Sequence record: NC_070650.1
Strand: one strand, 5' to 3'
DNA length: 64,000 nucleotides
Translations under genes and position numbers: made by a program
The notes under the pieces: model-generated
The model's input: the letters and a program-made list of their open reading frames with translations, nothing else
What the model was told of the DNA's origin: nothing
Databases searched by the model: none
Shown: piece by piece, positions 46,399 to 56,521 of the stretch
Numbering within the stretch: the stretch's first letter is position 1
Layout of the letters: every line of letters begins with the position of its first letter

Positions 46399-46822
46399 GT
46401 TACACCCATTTGTGGAAGCCAACCCCGATGTAGCCATTGGGGTCTATCCATACAACGTATTCTTGAGGGACGTTATTTGGGTAGCCCATCGAGGGCATCG
46501 CAAAGCTGCCGACCTCTACGAGTCCATTTTCGATATACTGGAAACAGTAGACCCCGAGGCCAAGTTACATACAGTGGGAGACATACTTAAATGTATTTGT
46601 CAGACAGCAGAGAAATTAAAACCGTGGCTAGCCCCAACGCTAAAAACATTCGGGACAGAACCAATTCAGCTATCTCAGCTCGAAGTGGTATCGGTATCCA
46701 TGATGGGGGGCGTGGTATTAAAAGTAATGACCACTCCTGGATTATCCTATCAGTCGGAGAAAAAATGGACGCCCTGCGAGCCATCCTCAATCTCCCGGCC
46801 CTGTATTTCGACGACGCGCTAA
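46379..46822 (+). CDS. hypothetical protein
   Basis: GAGGA SD. Confidence 0.7.
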   Translation: MTTYVFELHPFVEANPDVAIGVYPYNVFLRDVIWVAHRGHRKAADLYESIFDILETVDPEAKLHTVGDILKCICQTAEKLKPWLAPTLKTFGTEPIQLSQLEVVSVSMMGGVVLKVMTTPGLSYQSEKKWTPCEPSSISRPCISTTR

Positions 46823-47166
46823 CCTTAACCTGCACTGGCTGGGAAAATTATTATGTCCAGCACCGCCAGGAAACAAAACAGTTTCTCTTTTATGACGTGG
46901 AAGAATTATTGTCTGCCGCGATAGAAGAGTGCTTCATGAACCAGGCGGAGTATGATACAAATAGCGCCGCGTTTAATACAATAAGTCAAGTGCAATTCAT
47001 CACGGATCATCTGTATGAAGCGATGCAGTTACTCGATGATATACTTACCATCAATCTTATCGCACGACTGGACGATCAGCATCAGATAGGGCTCGTGCGA
47101 ACGATCGGCGAAGATATAGCCATAAGGATAGACCGTGCTTGCTACTTTGACAAAAACAGAAAATAA
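46765..47166 (+). CDS. hypothetical protein
   Basis: GGAG SD before ATG 46765. Confidence 0.65.
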   Translation: MDALRAILNLPALYFDDALTLTCTGWENYYVQHRQETKQFLFYDVEELLSAAIEECFMNQAEYDTNSAAFNTISQVQFITDHLYEAMQLLDDILTINLIARLDDQHQIGLVRTIGEDIAIRIDRACYFDKNRK

Positions 47167-47485
47167 ATGGTTGATTATAGACCTCTGCGGGCTCATTCAA
47201 GAAATAGCTGACAGGGTCCAACGTTTTAGATTGGACCCAGATAAACTTATTTCCATCGCGGTATTTCATCTTAATTCCAGAGAAAGCCCAATTGTGGTGG
47301 ACCCAGTATTCGAGAATTTAGAAGATGACATCCGTGACAATGATGCTGCATGGGACTTGGTAGAACAACAAATTACTTTATTGATTAAACAATTGGAACT
47401 CAAAGTGTCCGCGGACATTTCCAGTATACTGCAATATGAGTACTTGGAAGATGGCTTGGCCTTAAAGTACTGCTGCGAGAATTAA
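47135..47485 (+). CDS. hypothetical protein
   Basis: GTG start after AAGGA. Confidence 0.65.
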   Translation: MLATLTKTENKWLIIDLCGLIQEIADRVQRFRLDPDKLISIAVFHLNSRESPIVVDPVFENLEDDIRDNDAAWDLVEQQITLLIKQLELKVSADISSILQYEYLEDGLALKYCCEN

Positions 47486-47487
47486 CT

Positions 47488-47859
47488 ATGACTACATATG
47501 TCGTCGATGAAGCATCTTCCCGAGATGTTATTGAAAAAACAATGGCATTGTTGTTTGAACCTGACGAATGCCTGGCGTGGGAGCACATTAATTTAGCTAT
47601 AAAGACAGCCAATAATGTTATCCGCGCTTTTTTTACTGACCCTGGCGACATATTGAGTGTAGTTAAAGGGGCTGTCGGCATCTATGATGATTGCGATGAT
47701 TGGTTAACTGAAGACCACCCTCTGTTTATTGATTTGATAGAGGCATGTGACGAATTAGTTATGGCGGTTGATGTTCTGGTCGATGACTTGCATTTACCCA
47801 ACCATGTTAGCAAAGTCAAGATAGGTGATAATGAAGGCACGGTACTCATTATTGTTTGA
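47488..47859 (+). CDS. hypothetical acidic protein
   Basis: 123-aa ORF. Confidence 0.7.
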   Translation: MTTYVVDEASSRDVIEKTMALLFEPDECLAWEHINLAIKTANNVIRAFFTDPGDILSVVKGAVGIYDDCDDWLTEDHPLFIDLIEACDELVMAVDVLVDDLHLPNHVSKVKIGDNEGTVLIIV

Positions 47860-47889
47860 TGATATAACCCTTCCCCGGAGCTAATTCCC

Positions 47890-48318
47890 ATGCCGCAAAT
47901 TCTTAATAAAATGGATATTGGCGATACCGTCACTTTCGACGTATATCCATCGCCCATTCTAGGCACCCAGTTTAAAAACTGTACCATCTTAGCGATTCTC
48001 GATTACGATACCGTTAAGCTGATGAATATCGACCCCGACGCGATGCATGCAAAAGTGGTGGGGTATCTACCCGCCGCACAAAAACAGGGCAGTTGGGCGA
48101 AGGCCAGTGGCTACCCCTGGATTCGCATTCGTTTGGCAAACGGCACGATAACGGCCATCGGGCAAACCTGGATTAATGCAGACACTATCGTAATTAATGA
48201 TTCCCTGACAATTACGCTTGTTTTGACCGACGCCAATCAAACGGATATTGATAAACTCTCGGTTATGATGGCTGCTAATGGCTACGACGCCACCAAGTAC
48301 TCAATTACCAGTAGTTAA
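47890..48318 (+). CDS. conserved chimallivirus protein upstream of DNA polymerase (phiKZ gp49-like)
   Basis: IGDTVTFDVYPSPILG motif and syntenic position. Confidence 0.6.
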   Translation: MPQILNKMDIGDTVTFDVYPSPILGTQFKNCTILAILDYDTVKLMNIDPDAMHAKVVGYLPAAQKQGSWAKASGYPWIRIRLANGTITAIGQTWINADTIVINDSLTITLVLTDANQTDIDKLSVMMAANGYDATKYSITSS

Positions 48319-48405
48319 AAAATACTGGACTACCCTATTGTTTAGTAGGTCCCAGGAAACAGTACTCACATGTAGTGCACCATTTTTTATCCCCTAAACT
48401 TATTT

Positions 48406-48434
48406 GCCTCTCCTTCGGGAGAGGCTCTTTTTTT
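48406..48434 (+). terminator. intrinsic terminator
   Basis: GCCTCTCC-TTCG-GGAGAGGC followed by a T run. Confidence 0.85.
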
Positions 48435-48502
48435 CGCCTTTTTATTTTTTTACTTCGGACGTACATCGTGTACTAGATAACAAAAATATAGGATTGTAAA
48501 CC

Positions 48503-50737
48503 ATGCGCTCGCCATTTCTTTATCCTGAAGATGCGGATTACAAACGTGATTTTGCTATCTTTGGTAGATATATTAAAGATGCTGCTTTTTTACTACACAA
48601 GCAAACGGGATATGACTTAGAATACTGCACAGACTGGGTACGTAAGTCTATCAATAAAGGTGGGAAGCACGAAGCGAAAAACCCTAAGGCGTTTATACTC
48701 AACTCTGAGAATAATGGTAACCGTAAACGCCAAGTAACGACCGTCACCGAATACATTGCAAATATCGTCAAAAACAATAAGATTGTTGCGCCCTCCATGA
48801 CGGTGTATTCTCATCCGAAACAGAAAAAGTCATTACTTGCTGAATTTATTTTGCATAAATTGGATATGCGTAAGAAAGCTAAGAAAGAAATGTTCTTAGC
48901 TGAAAAACAAATGAACGAAGCAAACCGTCTTGTAAAAGAAGCTACGGCGAATAATGACCAAACCATGGCATCACAGCAAGCTATAGTAGCTGCGACCATG
49001 TCCACCGAAAAAGCATACTTTAACTGCTTACAGACATCTGCAAAAATTGCGGCAAACAGTTTATCCGGAACGTTCGGTTTTGCGGGAACGGTACTCTTTA
49101 ATAAAACAGCACACTCATCGTTAACTTCTATTTGCCGTTGCGCTGCGAGTAATGCAAATGCGAATAATGAAAGATTCCTGTCGGGGAATCGACATTATTG
49201 GTCCCTCGAAGTAACGTTGAATAATATTGTTAATATCTTAACCACGGTAGACTGCAATCGGGTTCGTGAAGTTGTGGAACGTTACGGTCTGGTTTATCCT
49301 ACCGTTGAACAAGTTGTAGAAGCGGTTCGGGGATGCACCGATTACTATTGGAGTAAAAGCAGCCCAGCACTATTTCAAAAAGTCGTGGACTTCATACACA
49401 CCCTGACCCCAGAAGAGCGGGCCGGGTATCTGTATAACCAGGATGCCTACCATGTAATGAAATGTAATGATCATTTCTTTAGAGTACTTGTTAAGAAAAT
49501 GATCACCATACCCGATGAATTACCGGATGACCCAGACCACTGGATGAAACTAATGGATGAAGATATCCTGATGTTTGCATCGAGACTATGTAGCCCTTTC
49601 ATGTCTGGTAAATCAGTAAAAGATTTAGAGAACGCTTATAAGGAAGGAAAAAATAAAGATTATTTGCGTTTTGTGGCCGTCGTTAAAAACGTACTGGTAA
49701 ACCTGCAAGATTATGCTGATTTCATTCAAACATTTTGGGCTACCTCGAACCCACCTATGAGTTTGGCCATGATACCGACCATGATGCGGCGTTGCGCAGT
49801 ACTGTCGGATACAGACTCCACTATTTTCACTACTCAAGATTGGACTACATGGTATCAAGGAAAACTTGATTTTACTTATGAGTCAGAATCCGTATCGGCA
49901 TTGATGGTTTATTTTACCAGTTGCATGACTACACATCTCCTGGCAATGCATTCCGCTCAAATGGGTGTGGACCGAGAACAGATGTATACGTTAGCAATGA
50001 AATCAGAATTTGCCAACCCTCTATTAGGACTAACTACTCGAGGAAAACATTATTACTCTTACGTCAGTGCTAAAGAGGGCAACGTATATAGTGAATACGT
50101 TCTGGATATTAAGGGCGTAGGGTTACGTAACTCAAAATTACCACCAAATATCCGAGAATCGAGCGATAACTTTATTCGTCACGTAATGGATACTATCATG
50201 AAAGGCGAGAAACTGTCCGTACATGAAGTACTTACGCGGGTTGCCGATGAAGAACGAGAAATTATCCGTTCTATTCATGCTGGCGAACCAACTTACTTAT
50301 CCGTAGCAAAAATCAACACAGCTGATGCCTACAAACAAAAAGAACTGAACCCCACATATCAACTATACGGATTATGGGAACAGGTGTTCGCACCCAAGTA
50401 TGGACATGCCCCATTACCACCGTTTGATTGCGTAGCAGTAAATATCGATGCTAACAATAAAAGCGACATGGCGGCTTGGTTGGATAATTCCGGGGACGAG
50501 CAGTTCGCTCAACGTTTCAGAAATTGGTTGGCGGCAACCGGCAAAGATAAAATAACGCGTATTTTACTACCTACCGAAATACTGCGGGTACATGGGTTAC
50601 CTAAAGAAATTATTAATGCGTTAGATCTACGTAAAGTTTTGATGAATCTGATGGATGCACACTACCTGATTTTAGAATCATTGGGTGTCTTTATTCGCAA
50701 CCAACGTATCTCCCACCTCGTCTCTGATACCTATTGA
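48503..50737 (+). CDS. family B DNA polymerase, polymerase-domain subunit (phiKZ gp50-like)
   Basis: KIAANSLSG (motif B-like), LSDTDSTIF (motif C), GKHYY, IKGV; no exonuclease domain (split polymerase). Confidence 0.88.
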   Translation: MRSPFLYPEDADYKRDFAIFGRYIKDAAFLLHKQTGYDLEYCTDWVRKSINKGGKHEAKNPKAFILNSENNGNRKRQVTTVTEYIANIVKNNKIVAPSMTVYSHPKQKKSLLAEFILHKLDMRKKAKKEMFLAEKQMNEANRLVKEATANNDQTMASQQAIVAATMSTEKAYFNCLQTSAKIAANSLSGTFGFAGTVLFNKTAHSSLTSICRCAASNANANNERFLSGNRHYWSLEVTLNNIVNILTTVDCNRVREVVERYGLVYPTVEQVVEAVRGCTDYYWSKSSPALFQKVVDFIHTLTPEERAGYLYNQDAYHVMKCNDHFFRVLVKKMITIPDELPDDPDHWMKLMDEDILMFASRLCSPFMSGKSVKDLENAYKEGKNKDYLRFVAVVKNVLVNLQDYADFIQTFWATSNPPMSLAMIPTMMRRCAVLSDTDSTIFTTQDWTTWYQGKLDFTYESESVSALMVYFTSCMTTHLLAMHSAQMGVDREQMYTLAMKSEFANPLLGLTTRGKHYYSYVSAKEGNVYSEYVLDIKGVGLRNSKLPPNIRESSDNFIRHVMDTIMKGEKLSVHEVLTRVADEEREIIRSIHAGEPTYLSVAKINTADAYKQKELNPTYQLYGLWEQVFAPKYGHAPLPPFDCVAVNIDANNKSDMAAWLDNSGDEQFAQRFRNWLAATGKDKITRILLPTEILRVHGLPKEIINALDLRKVLMNLMDAHYLILESLGVFIRNQRISHLVSDTY

Positions 50738-50792
50738 CGGCATAGATGGAGAGGCTTTTTCGGCCTCTCCATCTTAGGGGGCTTTATGCCGC
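50737..50792. terminator. bidirectional terminator with CGGCATA/TATGCCG flanks
   Basis: ACGGCAT-AGATGGAGAGGC-TTTTTCG-GCCTCTCCATCT...TTTATGCCGC. Confidence 0.85.
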
Positions 50793-51869
50793 GGAAAAAT
50801 ACGGTGAGATATGCTCCAACAAATCTTGGTTAACATACCCTGAATCATCTCCACGAATACCAGTAAGTAATCGTTCTTGACTAATCCGTTTTAGTGCAAT
50901 CTGAATATCTACTTCAGCATGTTTGTTGGCTACATGCCCGGTACTCATGTCAAGGACCAATAGCGTTTCCAATAATGGAATTTCGGCAAATGTCGTTACC
51001 CATTTATCTTGGGTAGTGGGAAGAACCCCAGTCAGTACCGTTTTTCTAACGTTCTGAGAAAACACTTGCGGGAATGTGTCCAGTAATCCAGAAAAACTTC
51101 TAGGTTTGACTGTGGCCCAATCCACGTAAGTGGAAATAACTTTATCTACGAACGTATATGGAGTAGCTAAATTGACGATTTGTTTCTTTTGGATGGGTAA
51201 GGTATCGATACCCACAACTTGCTTTCGTACTAAATTAATAAGTGCAACGTCACACTGAGACGGAAGCATGCCTGGAAGTACGTACTGATAAATAAAGTTA
51301 GCTGGAGTCCCTCGCATCCCTTCAGGGCGCTGTAATTGCTCACGTAACCACATCCGGTACATCAAACCTAACACCGGGACGTCGATACTGAATACAGCAT
51401 ATCCGGTAGAGTATCCGTGGTTATCCGGGAGATGTAAGTCTAGTGAAGTATAATCGTTACGAATAACTTTCACTGGGGATTGTGTTTTCCAATCCAGACT
51501 TAATCTATTCGGATCTACGAATGACTCAACGGCAATGTAGGCCTCTTTGGATGAACGCCCATAAAAACTTCCAGTGGGTGGAATATAGCCTCGGTTCGTC
51601 GGTGTGGTAATGCCTACGGCCCGGCAGGCAGCATCGTAACGATCGGTAATTAAATCATAATAAACAGATGCTGGATGATACCACCCATCGGATAGGTTAT
51701 CCAACAATTTAATTAGAATGTGTCTGCTATCTACCCAACCGCCTGATTGTTGATAATATTCCCGCATGCGCACGAAGTTGTTATTCAATCTTTCTTTTAT
51801 ATATCGCATAGGGGTTAGGGTGGGTCCGCCCACCTGTGGGCCTTGTACCGCCAAGACGTCCGTAAACAT
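50784..51869 (-). CDS. conserved chimallivirus virion protein (phiKZ gp52-like)
   Basis: Reverse gene between polymerase and chimallin; call rests on synteny. Confidence 0.6.
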   Translation of the reverse strand: MFTDVLAVQGPQVGGPTLTPMRYIKERLNNNFVRMREYYQQSGGWVDSRHILIKLLDNLSDGWYHPASVYYDLITDRYDAACRAVGITTPTNRGYIPPTGSFYGRSSKEAYIAVESFVDPNRLSLDWKTQSPVKVIRNDYTSLDLHLPDNHGYSTGYAVFSIDVPVLGLMYRMWLREQLQRPEGMRGTPANFIYQYVLPGMLPSQCDVALINLVRKQVVGIDTLPIQKKQIVNLATPYTFVDKVISTYVDWATVKPRSFSGLLDTFPQVFSQNVRKTVLTGVLPTTQDKWVTTFAEIPLLETLLVLDMSTGHVANKHAEVDIQIALKRISQERLLTGIRGDDSGYVNQDLLEHISPYFSAA

Positions 51870-52107
51870 GGGTCGGCTCCAATTAATGTAAAAAAATACA
51901 CGGTTATACATATACTGTAGAGGAAGTACCAACGACCTCTACGATTCCACACGGAGTCGGAAAGGGTTGTGATGTCGTTTGGTTATCTTGGCACTGGTAC
52001 GGGCTAAACCAATCCAAAATAATTAAACACCTATATCATTTTTACGCATATCTATCGTGATGACAAAACGCATTCCAAAAAACCGTGATTGTAAATTTAC
52101 ATAAACG

Positions 52108-52115
52108 TATATTAC
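52108..52115 (+). promoter_or_regulatory. early promoter motif TATATTAC for chimallin
   Basis: Exact match 130 bp upstream of chmA. Confidence 0.75.
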
Positions 52116-52244
52116 TTAGGTGATGGGAGTGCAGTAGATTTTCTACAGCTCATCCGAACATTGTGTTCCAAACCGTCAATGGCGTCTTGGCCCGACGCAG
52201 ACCAACATTGACTTTATCTACTCCTTATAAGGGAAAATTAAACT

Positions 52245-54131
52245 ATGAGTATTAACGACGCTCGCAATCCTGGTAACAACGACGCTGCTCAAGAACGTGC
52301 TCACACTGCGGCGCCGCAGTTTGATGAGTCTCAAGTGCGCCAGGCTGCTCCGCATCGCAAAACCATTACCGGTAAAGGCGGTGTGAACGCACTCCTGTCC
52401 CGTCGTCTCAACCGCGTAGGCGGTAACGAAGACATCAGCAAAATCGCTGAAATGATGCGCGGCTATCTGCGCAGCCAACTGGATGAGGGCTATGTTCCGA
52501 CTTTCGTCATTGTTGACGGCGCTACTTACGAACTGGCGGTATCCGCCATCGTCCCGACCGTGCTGCTGACCGTGCGTGGTGTTAAAACGGTGCTGGCTTA
52601 TCCGATTCTCGTCGAGCCGCGCGATCGCTCCATGGACACTGTCCGTACCGTCCGTGAAAACAACCGCGAACTGTCTCTGCCGGTAGTGACCTCCGATTTC
52701 TACGACGCACGTACTGAAGCACAGATCCGTAACGCCATCGCTCGTCAGTTCAGCCTGAACCCGGCCGATAGCGACATCAAACTGGTCGGTTATTGCACCC
52801 TGCCGGTTGAAGTATCTTCCGACGACAAATCCGAAATCGAAGACCTGGCCGCCAACGTATTCTCGGCGCTGGAATCCTGGGTTCGTGAACAACCAGGTTC
52901 TGAAGAACCGCGTTTCAACCTGGCAGAAATCGACAATACCCAAACTCGCTTCACCGGCAAACTGGACTTCTCTCCGGCGCCGATCAAAACTCTGACTGGC
53001 CTGCCGATCCGTAACGACGTGACCATCACCACCAAAATGCGTGATATCACGGTCGACAGTCTGCACAGCCAATCCGGCGTTCTGTCCGAAGTGAGCGGTT
53101 ATGTGGACCTGATCTATGTCGACCCGCAACCCGAACAACATCCGTACACCCGCCAGATGTATCTGAACCCGGCGTGCTACCTCCCGAACTTCGTGATTTC
53201 CCATCAGGAAATTCTGGTTAACGCCGTGACTCCGGAACTGGTTCTGTTCGGCCTGGCATCTGCACGCCTGATGCAGCAGCCGAACAACGCATTCTACAAT
53301 GCGTTCAAACCACGCCACGGCGTCAAAAACGATACCCGTGATATCGGGGCTATCGGTTACGAGTTCGATCCGACTGGCGAAGGCAAAGGCCTCAAAGCAC
53401 CTATCGATACCGCAGACTCCACTTTCAACCTGCAGACTCTTCTGAGCACTGCATTCCGCCCGGGCATGCTGTATAGCCTGGATGTGGTAGATGGTGGTGA
53501 GTATTCCTGGGTATACGAGGCGCTGGTGTATGCTGCGAATGGCGATGCCGCCGCAGAAAACGATGTAATTCAGTATGCAGATAACCTGACCAACGGCCAT
53601 TTCCGTGCGCTGTGGAACCCGGTTGAAAACCGCGTTGCGGTAGATTCCGGCGACCTGATTCCGATCGGTTATTACATCGATCCGGAAGGCCAACGTAAAG
53701 ACCTGCGTGACATCGACTATCTGGCGCTGCTGAACATGTTCGGTGGTAGTGACATGGACCTGGTTTATCGCTGGTCTGAAACCTTCGGTAATGCAAGTCA
53801 ATCTCCGCAGCAACGTCTGGATGCACGTGTACGTATCCTGAAATCGCTGCTGAACAACAACCTGTTCATCAAACGTATCGCCCATCGCATCACCCTGACC
53901 CCGGCGTTCATCGACGTGCTGGCTACCGCTATCTCCAAAGCGGGCATCACGATCGTTCCGGAAACCGTGTTCAGCGAACAGCAGACCTATACCCGTGGGT
54001 CTACTACCCTGGCTAACTACGCGCTTACTGGCGGCCAGTCCCCGCTGTTCGCGGGTACCCAGCAGCCGTCCGTAGCCGGTTACAGTTCTGTATACCAGCC
54101 GCGTGGCGCAGGCGGCCGTTTCGGCGGTTAA
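52245..54131 (+). CDS. chmA: chimallin, phage nucleus shell protein
   Basis: 628 aa; LLSRRL, PIRNDVTIT, SGYVDLIY, GEYSW, IPIGYY...GQRKDLRDID motifs; directly upstream of nvRNAP beta'. Confidence 0.92.
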   Translation: MSINDARNPGNNDAAQERAHTAAPQFDESQVRQAAPHRKTITGKGGVNALLSRRLNRVGGNEDISKIAEMMRGYLRSQLDEGYVPTFVIVDGATYELAVSAIVPTVLLTVRGVKTVLAYPILVEPRDRSMDTVRTVRENNRELSLPVVTSDFYDARTEAQIRNAIARQFSLNPADSDIKLVGYCTLPVEVSSDDKSEIEDLAANVFSALESWVREQPGSEEPRFNLAEIDNTQTRFTGKLDFSPAPIKTLTGLPIRNDVTITTKMRDITVDSLHSQSGVLSEVSGYVDLIYVDPQPEQHPYTRQMYLNPACYLPNFVISHQEILVNAVTPELVLFGLASARLMQQPNNAFYNAFKPRHGVKNDTRDIGAIGYEFDPTGEGKGLKAPIDTADSTFNLQTLLSTAFRPGMLYSLDVVDGGEYSWVYEALVYAANGDAAAENDVIQYADNLTNGHFRALWNPVENRVAVDSGDLIPIGYYIDPEGQRKDLRDIDYLALLNMFGGSDMDLVYRWSETFGNASQSPQQRLDARVRILKSLLNNNLFIKRIAHRITLTPAFIDVLATAISKAGITIVPETVFSEQQTYTRGSTTLANYALTGGQSPLFAGTQQPSVAGYSSVYQPRGAGGRFGG

Positions 54132-54151
54132 GTCTGAAGTAACGTCATAAT

Positions 54152-54181
54152 AGCGGGAGGGGTAAAACCCTCCCGCTTTAT
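54152..54181 (+). terminator. intrinsic terminator
   Basis: AGCGGGAGGG-GTAAAA-CCCTCCCGCT. Confidence 0.8.
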
Positions 54182-54224
54182 TTCCCACAGCTTCTTTTTT
54201 TAGTTAAGCAAACAAAGGGTAATC

Positions 54225-55784
54225 ATGGAAATAAAAGAATTCATCCCTACGAAACGCGCCCCGTATGGGTATGCGGCTTCGACCGGATGCGATATCTATT
54301 ATGACCCCAGAAGGAAAGGTGTTTATCCGGAAATAGCGAATCATGAAGCAACCTTAGCTCGGTTACGCGGCACCCCTATTTTCATCAATGATATCGACAC
54401 CTCCACTGCTGAAGGTCAGGATAAACTTGATTCTCTTCTTTATACCAAATACGACGGCGGGAGCATCAGCATCCTCCCTAGTTGTGAATGTGGGGAAACT
54501 ACTACTGTATCCAAACTAAATACGTATTGCCCTAACTGCTCGACAATTGTAGTCCCTCCATCCGAACGCCCAATAGAATCCAACCTCTGGATTCGGGCCC
54601 CAGAAGGAGTAAAAGCATTAATCAATCCCCAAATGCTTATCATTTTATCGAAAGCATTTACCATCAATGGTTGTAACTTTCTGGAATGGTTGCTAAATCC
54701 CACTTATAAAAATGGGACTCACAACAACTTAAAGTTAGAACTTTTCAAAGCGTATAACTTCCCAAGAGGCATCAATGCTTTCTATGACAATTTCGACGAC
54801 ATAGTCACTGCGCTATTGGACCGGTCCATTTTCAATGGCAACAACTCCAAGCGATTAGAAGTGAAAATGTTCATCGAACAAAACAGGGATCGAGTATTTA
54901 CTCGGTATATTCCAATACCCAACCGCATTCTGTTCATTACGGAAAAGGCGATCACTGCAACCTATGCCGACAAACACATGGCCTCGGCACTTGATGCGGT
55001 ACGCACTATCTCCGATCTAAATCAACACATGGAACCCCCGTCAATCCGTAGACGCGAATATGCCGCAGCAAAAGCATGCCTGCAACTAGCGTCGTATTAC
55101 GTGATGCAGTATAAAAAGATTATCGGGGGTAAGTATGGGTTCTTGCGAAAACACTTGTTTGGTACTCGACAAGCGTATAGTTTCCGTGCAGTTATTAGTA
55201 GTTTGCACGAAGCACATCGCATGGATGAACTACATATTCCGTGGGGGGTAGCGGTAGGGGTATTCAGGAAACATCTGGAGAGCAAACTGTTAAGGCGGGG
55301 GTATACTCCGAATGAAGCAGTAAAACTTTTGTTCGACCATACCCTAACGTACCATCCACTGTTGGACACGCTGTTCAAAGAAATCATTGGCGACCACCCA
55401 TCTGGGAAAGGGTTTCCATGTTATTTCTTGCGTAACCCGACTCTGGACAGATTGTCAGGACAACTATTCCACATTACGTTAGTTAAACCAGATCCAAACA
55501 TCAAAACGGTAAGTCTATCACTAAACGTCATAGCGCCAATGAATGCTGATTTTGACGGCGATGCGCTTGGCGGATTACTCATACTCGACAAAAAGATGTA
55601 TGAGCGTTTTGAGAGAACTTCTCAACACACTGGGGTTCTAGACTTACAGAAAGCCAGAACACTATCCGGTAAAATAACTTTACCGAAACCTGTATTGGCA
55701 ATTTATGCGAGTTGGATGCATGAACCCCCAGCTGACGTAGAAGAAGCCAAGCTGTTCAAAAAGCTATTAGGACAGCATGATTAA
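54225..55784 (+). CDS. non-virion RNA polymerase beta' N-terminal subunit (phiKZ gp55-like)
   Basis: Zn finger CECG...CPNC, RAVISS, RNPTL and catalytic NADFDGD. Confidence 0.93.
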   Translation: MEIKEFIPTKRAPYGYAASTGCDIYYDPRRKGVYPEIANHEATLARLRGTPIFINDIDTSTAEGQDKLDSLLYTKYDGGSISILPSCECGETTTVSKLNTYCPNCSTIVVPPSERPIESNLWIRAPEGVKALINPQMLIILSKAFTINGCNFLEWLLNPTYKNGTHNNLKLELFKAYNFPRGINAFYDNFDDIVTALLDRSIFNGNNSKRLEVKMFIEQNRDRVFTRYIPIPNRILFITEKAITATYADKHMASALDAVRTISDLNQHMEPPSIRRREYAAAKACLQLASYYVMQYKKIIGGKYGFLRKHLFGTRQAYSFRAVISSLHEAHRMDELHIPWGVAVGVFRKHLESKLLRRGYTPNEAVKLLFDHTLTYHPLLDTLFKEIIGDHPSGKGFPCYFLRNPTLDRLSGQLFHITLVKPDPNIKTVSLSLNVIAPMNADFDGDALGGLLILDKKMYERFERTSQHTGVLDLQKARTLSGKITLPKPVLAIYASWMHEPPADVEEAKLFKKLLGQHD

Positions 55785-55793
55785 GGAGACAAC

Positions 55794-56441
55794 ATGGCAC
55801 AACTGATATCGGGTGGTCCGAGCACGATGGCGGCTTACCTGTTCGGTGAAAACCATCCCAATGTACAAAACTATCTGGAAACGGCGTATCAGCAAGCTCA
55901 AGAATCTATTACTGATATCGGCCAAGCAATGATCCAGGCCGGGCGGCAGTTGGCTGAGCGCACAATAAATACGGGCGCTTTCCGACTGGCTCGTGCAGCA
56001 CTACGCAAAGTGGGTTCTCTCGGGGTGCAGGATATTATCCAACCACTCGAGACCATCGGTGCGTTGCAGCACGCCCCTACGGCCATGATTCCCGTCATCA
56101 TGAGTCATCCCGAAATTAAATCTCGGTATTTGATGGGGCGGTGTGAAGGGTACGGAGATGAGTGGGTTAACCCAACAGGGTCCGCAGTTGCTGGGGACGA
56201 TCCGCTATATCGGGCAGTTATGCATACTGCCGTAATCGAACCTGATTCGGAATATGCTAAGTATGACCCTATTTTAGCAGAAGAAACTAACTGGGGGGCA
56301 TGGCAATACTGGGACGATGCATCTGAAGATATAGGACTGACGGAAAACAACCGTCTGGACAGTCAGATTACCTATGACGCATTATGGTTAGCGGTAAAAG
56401 GTATCGACGATCCGACCTCACGTTGGAATGCTTCACTGTAA
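55794..56441 (+). CDS. conserved chimallivirus hypothetical protein
   Basis: AAGGAG SD; DPTS..N..L C-terminus. Confidence 0.75.
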   Translation: MAQLISGGPSTMAAYLFGENHPNVQNYLETAYQQAQESITDIGQAMIQAGRQLAERTINTGAFRLARAALRKVGSLGVQDIIQPLETIGALQHAPTAMIPVIMSHPEIKSRYLMGRCEGYGDEWVNPTGSAVAGDDPLYRAVMHTAVIEPDSEYAKYDPILAEETNWGAWQYWDDASEDIGLTENNRLDSQITYDALWLAVKGIDDPTSRWNASL

Positions 56442-56453
56442 TGGTGTGTCTGG

Positions 56454-56484
56454 GAGGAGGGGCTTAGGCTCCTCCTCTTTTTTT
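56454..56484 (+). terminator. terminator
   Basis: GAGGAG...CTCCTC hairpin followed by a T run. Confidence 0.75.
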
Positions 56485-56521
56485 ACGGATTACCTTTATT
56501 TTTTGTCTGTGGAGCGTACTT

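Noticed and set aside
52218-54188. 656-aa reverse-strand ORF antisense to chimallin
   Set aside because: Shadow ORF produced by the biased codon usage of chmA; no SD or recognisable motifs.
54225-55784. Intron or intein in the nvRNAP or DNA polymerase genes
   Set aside because: Both ORFs are continuous and of expected size; no HNH, LAGLIDADG or intein motifs were seen.
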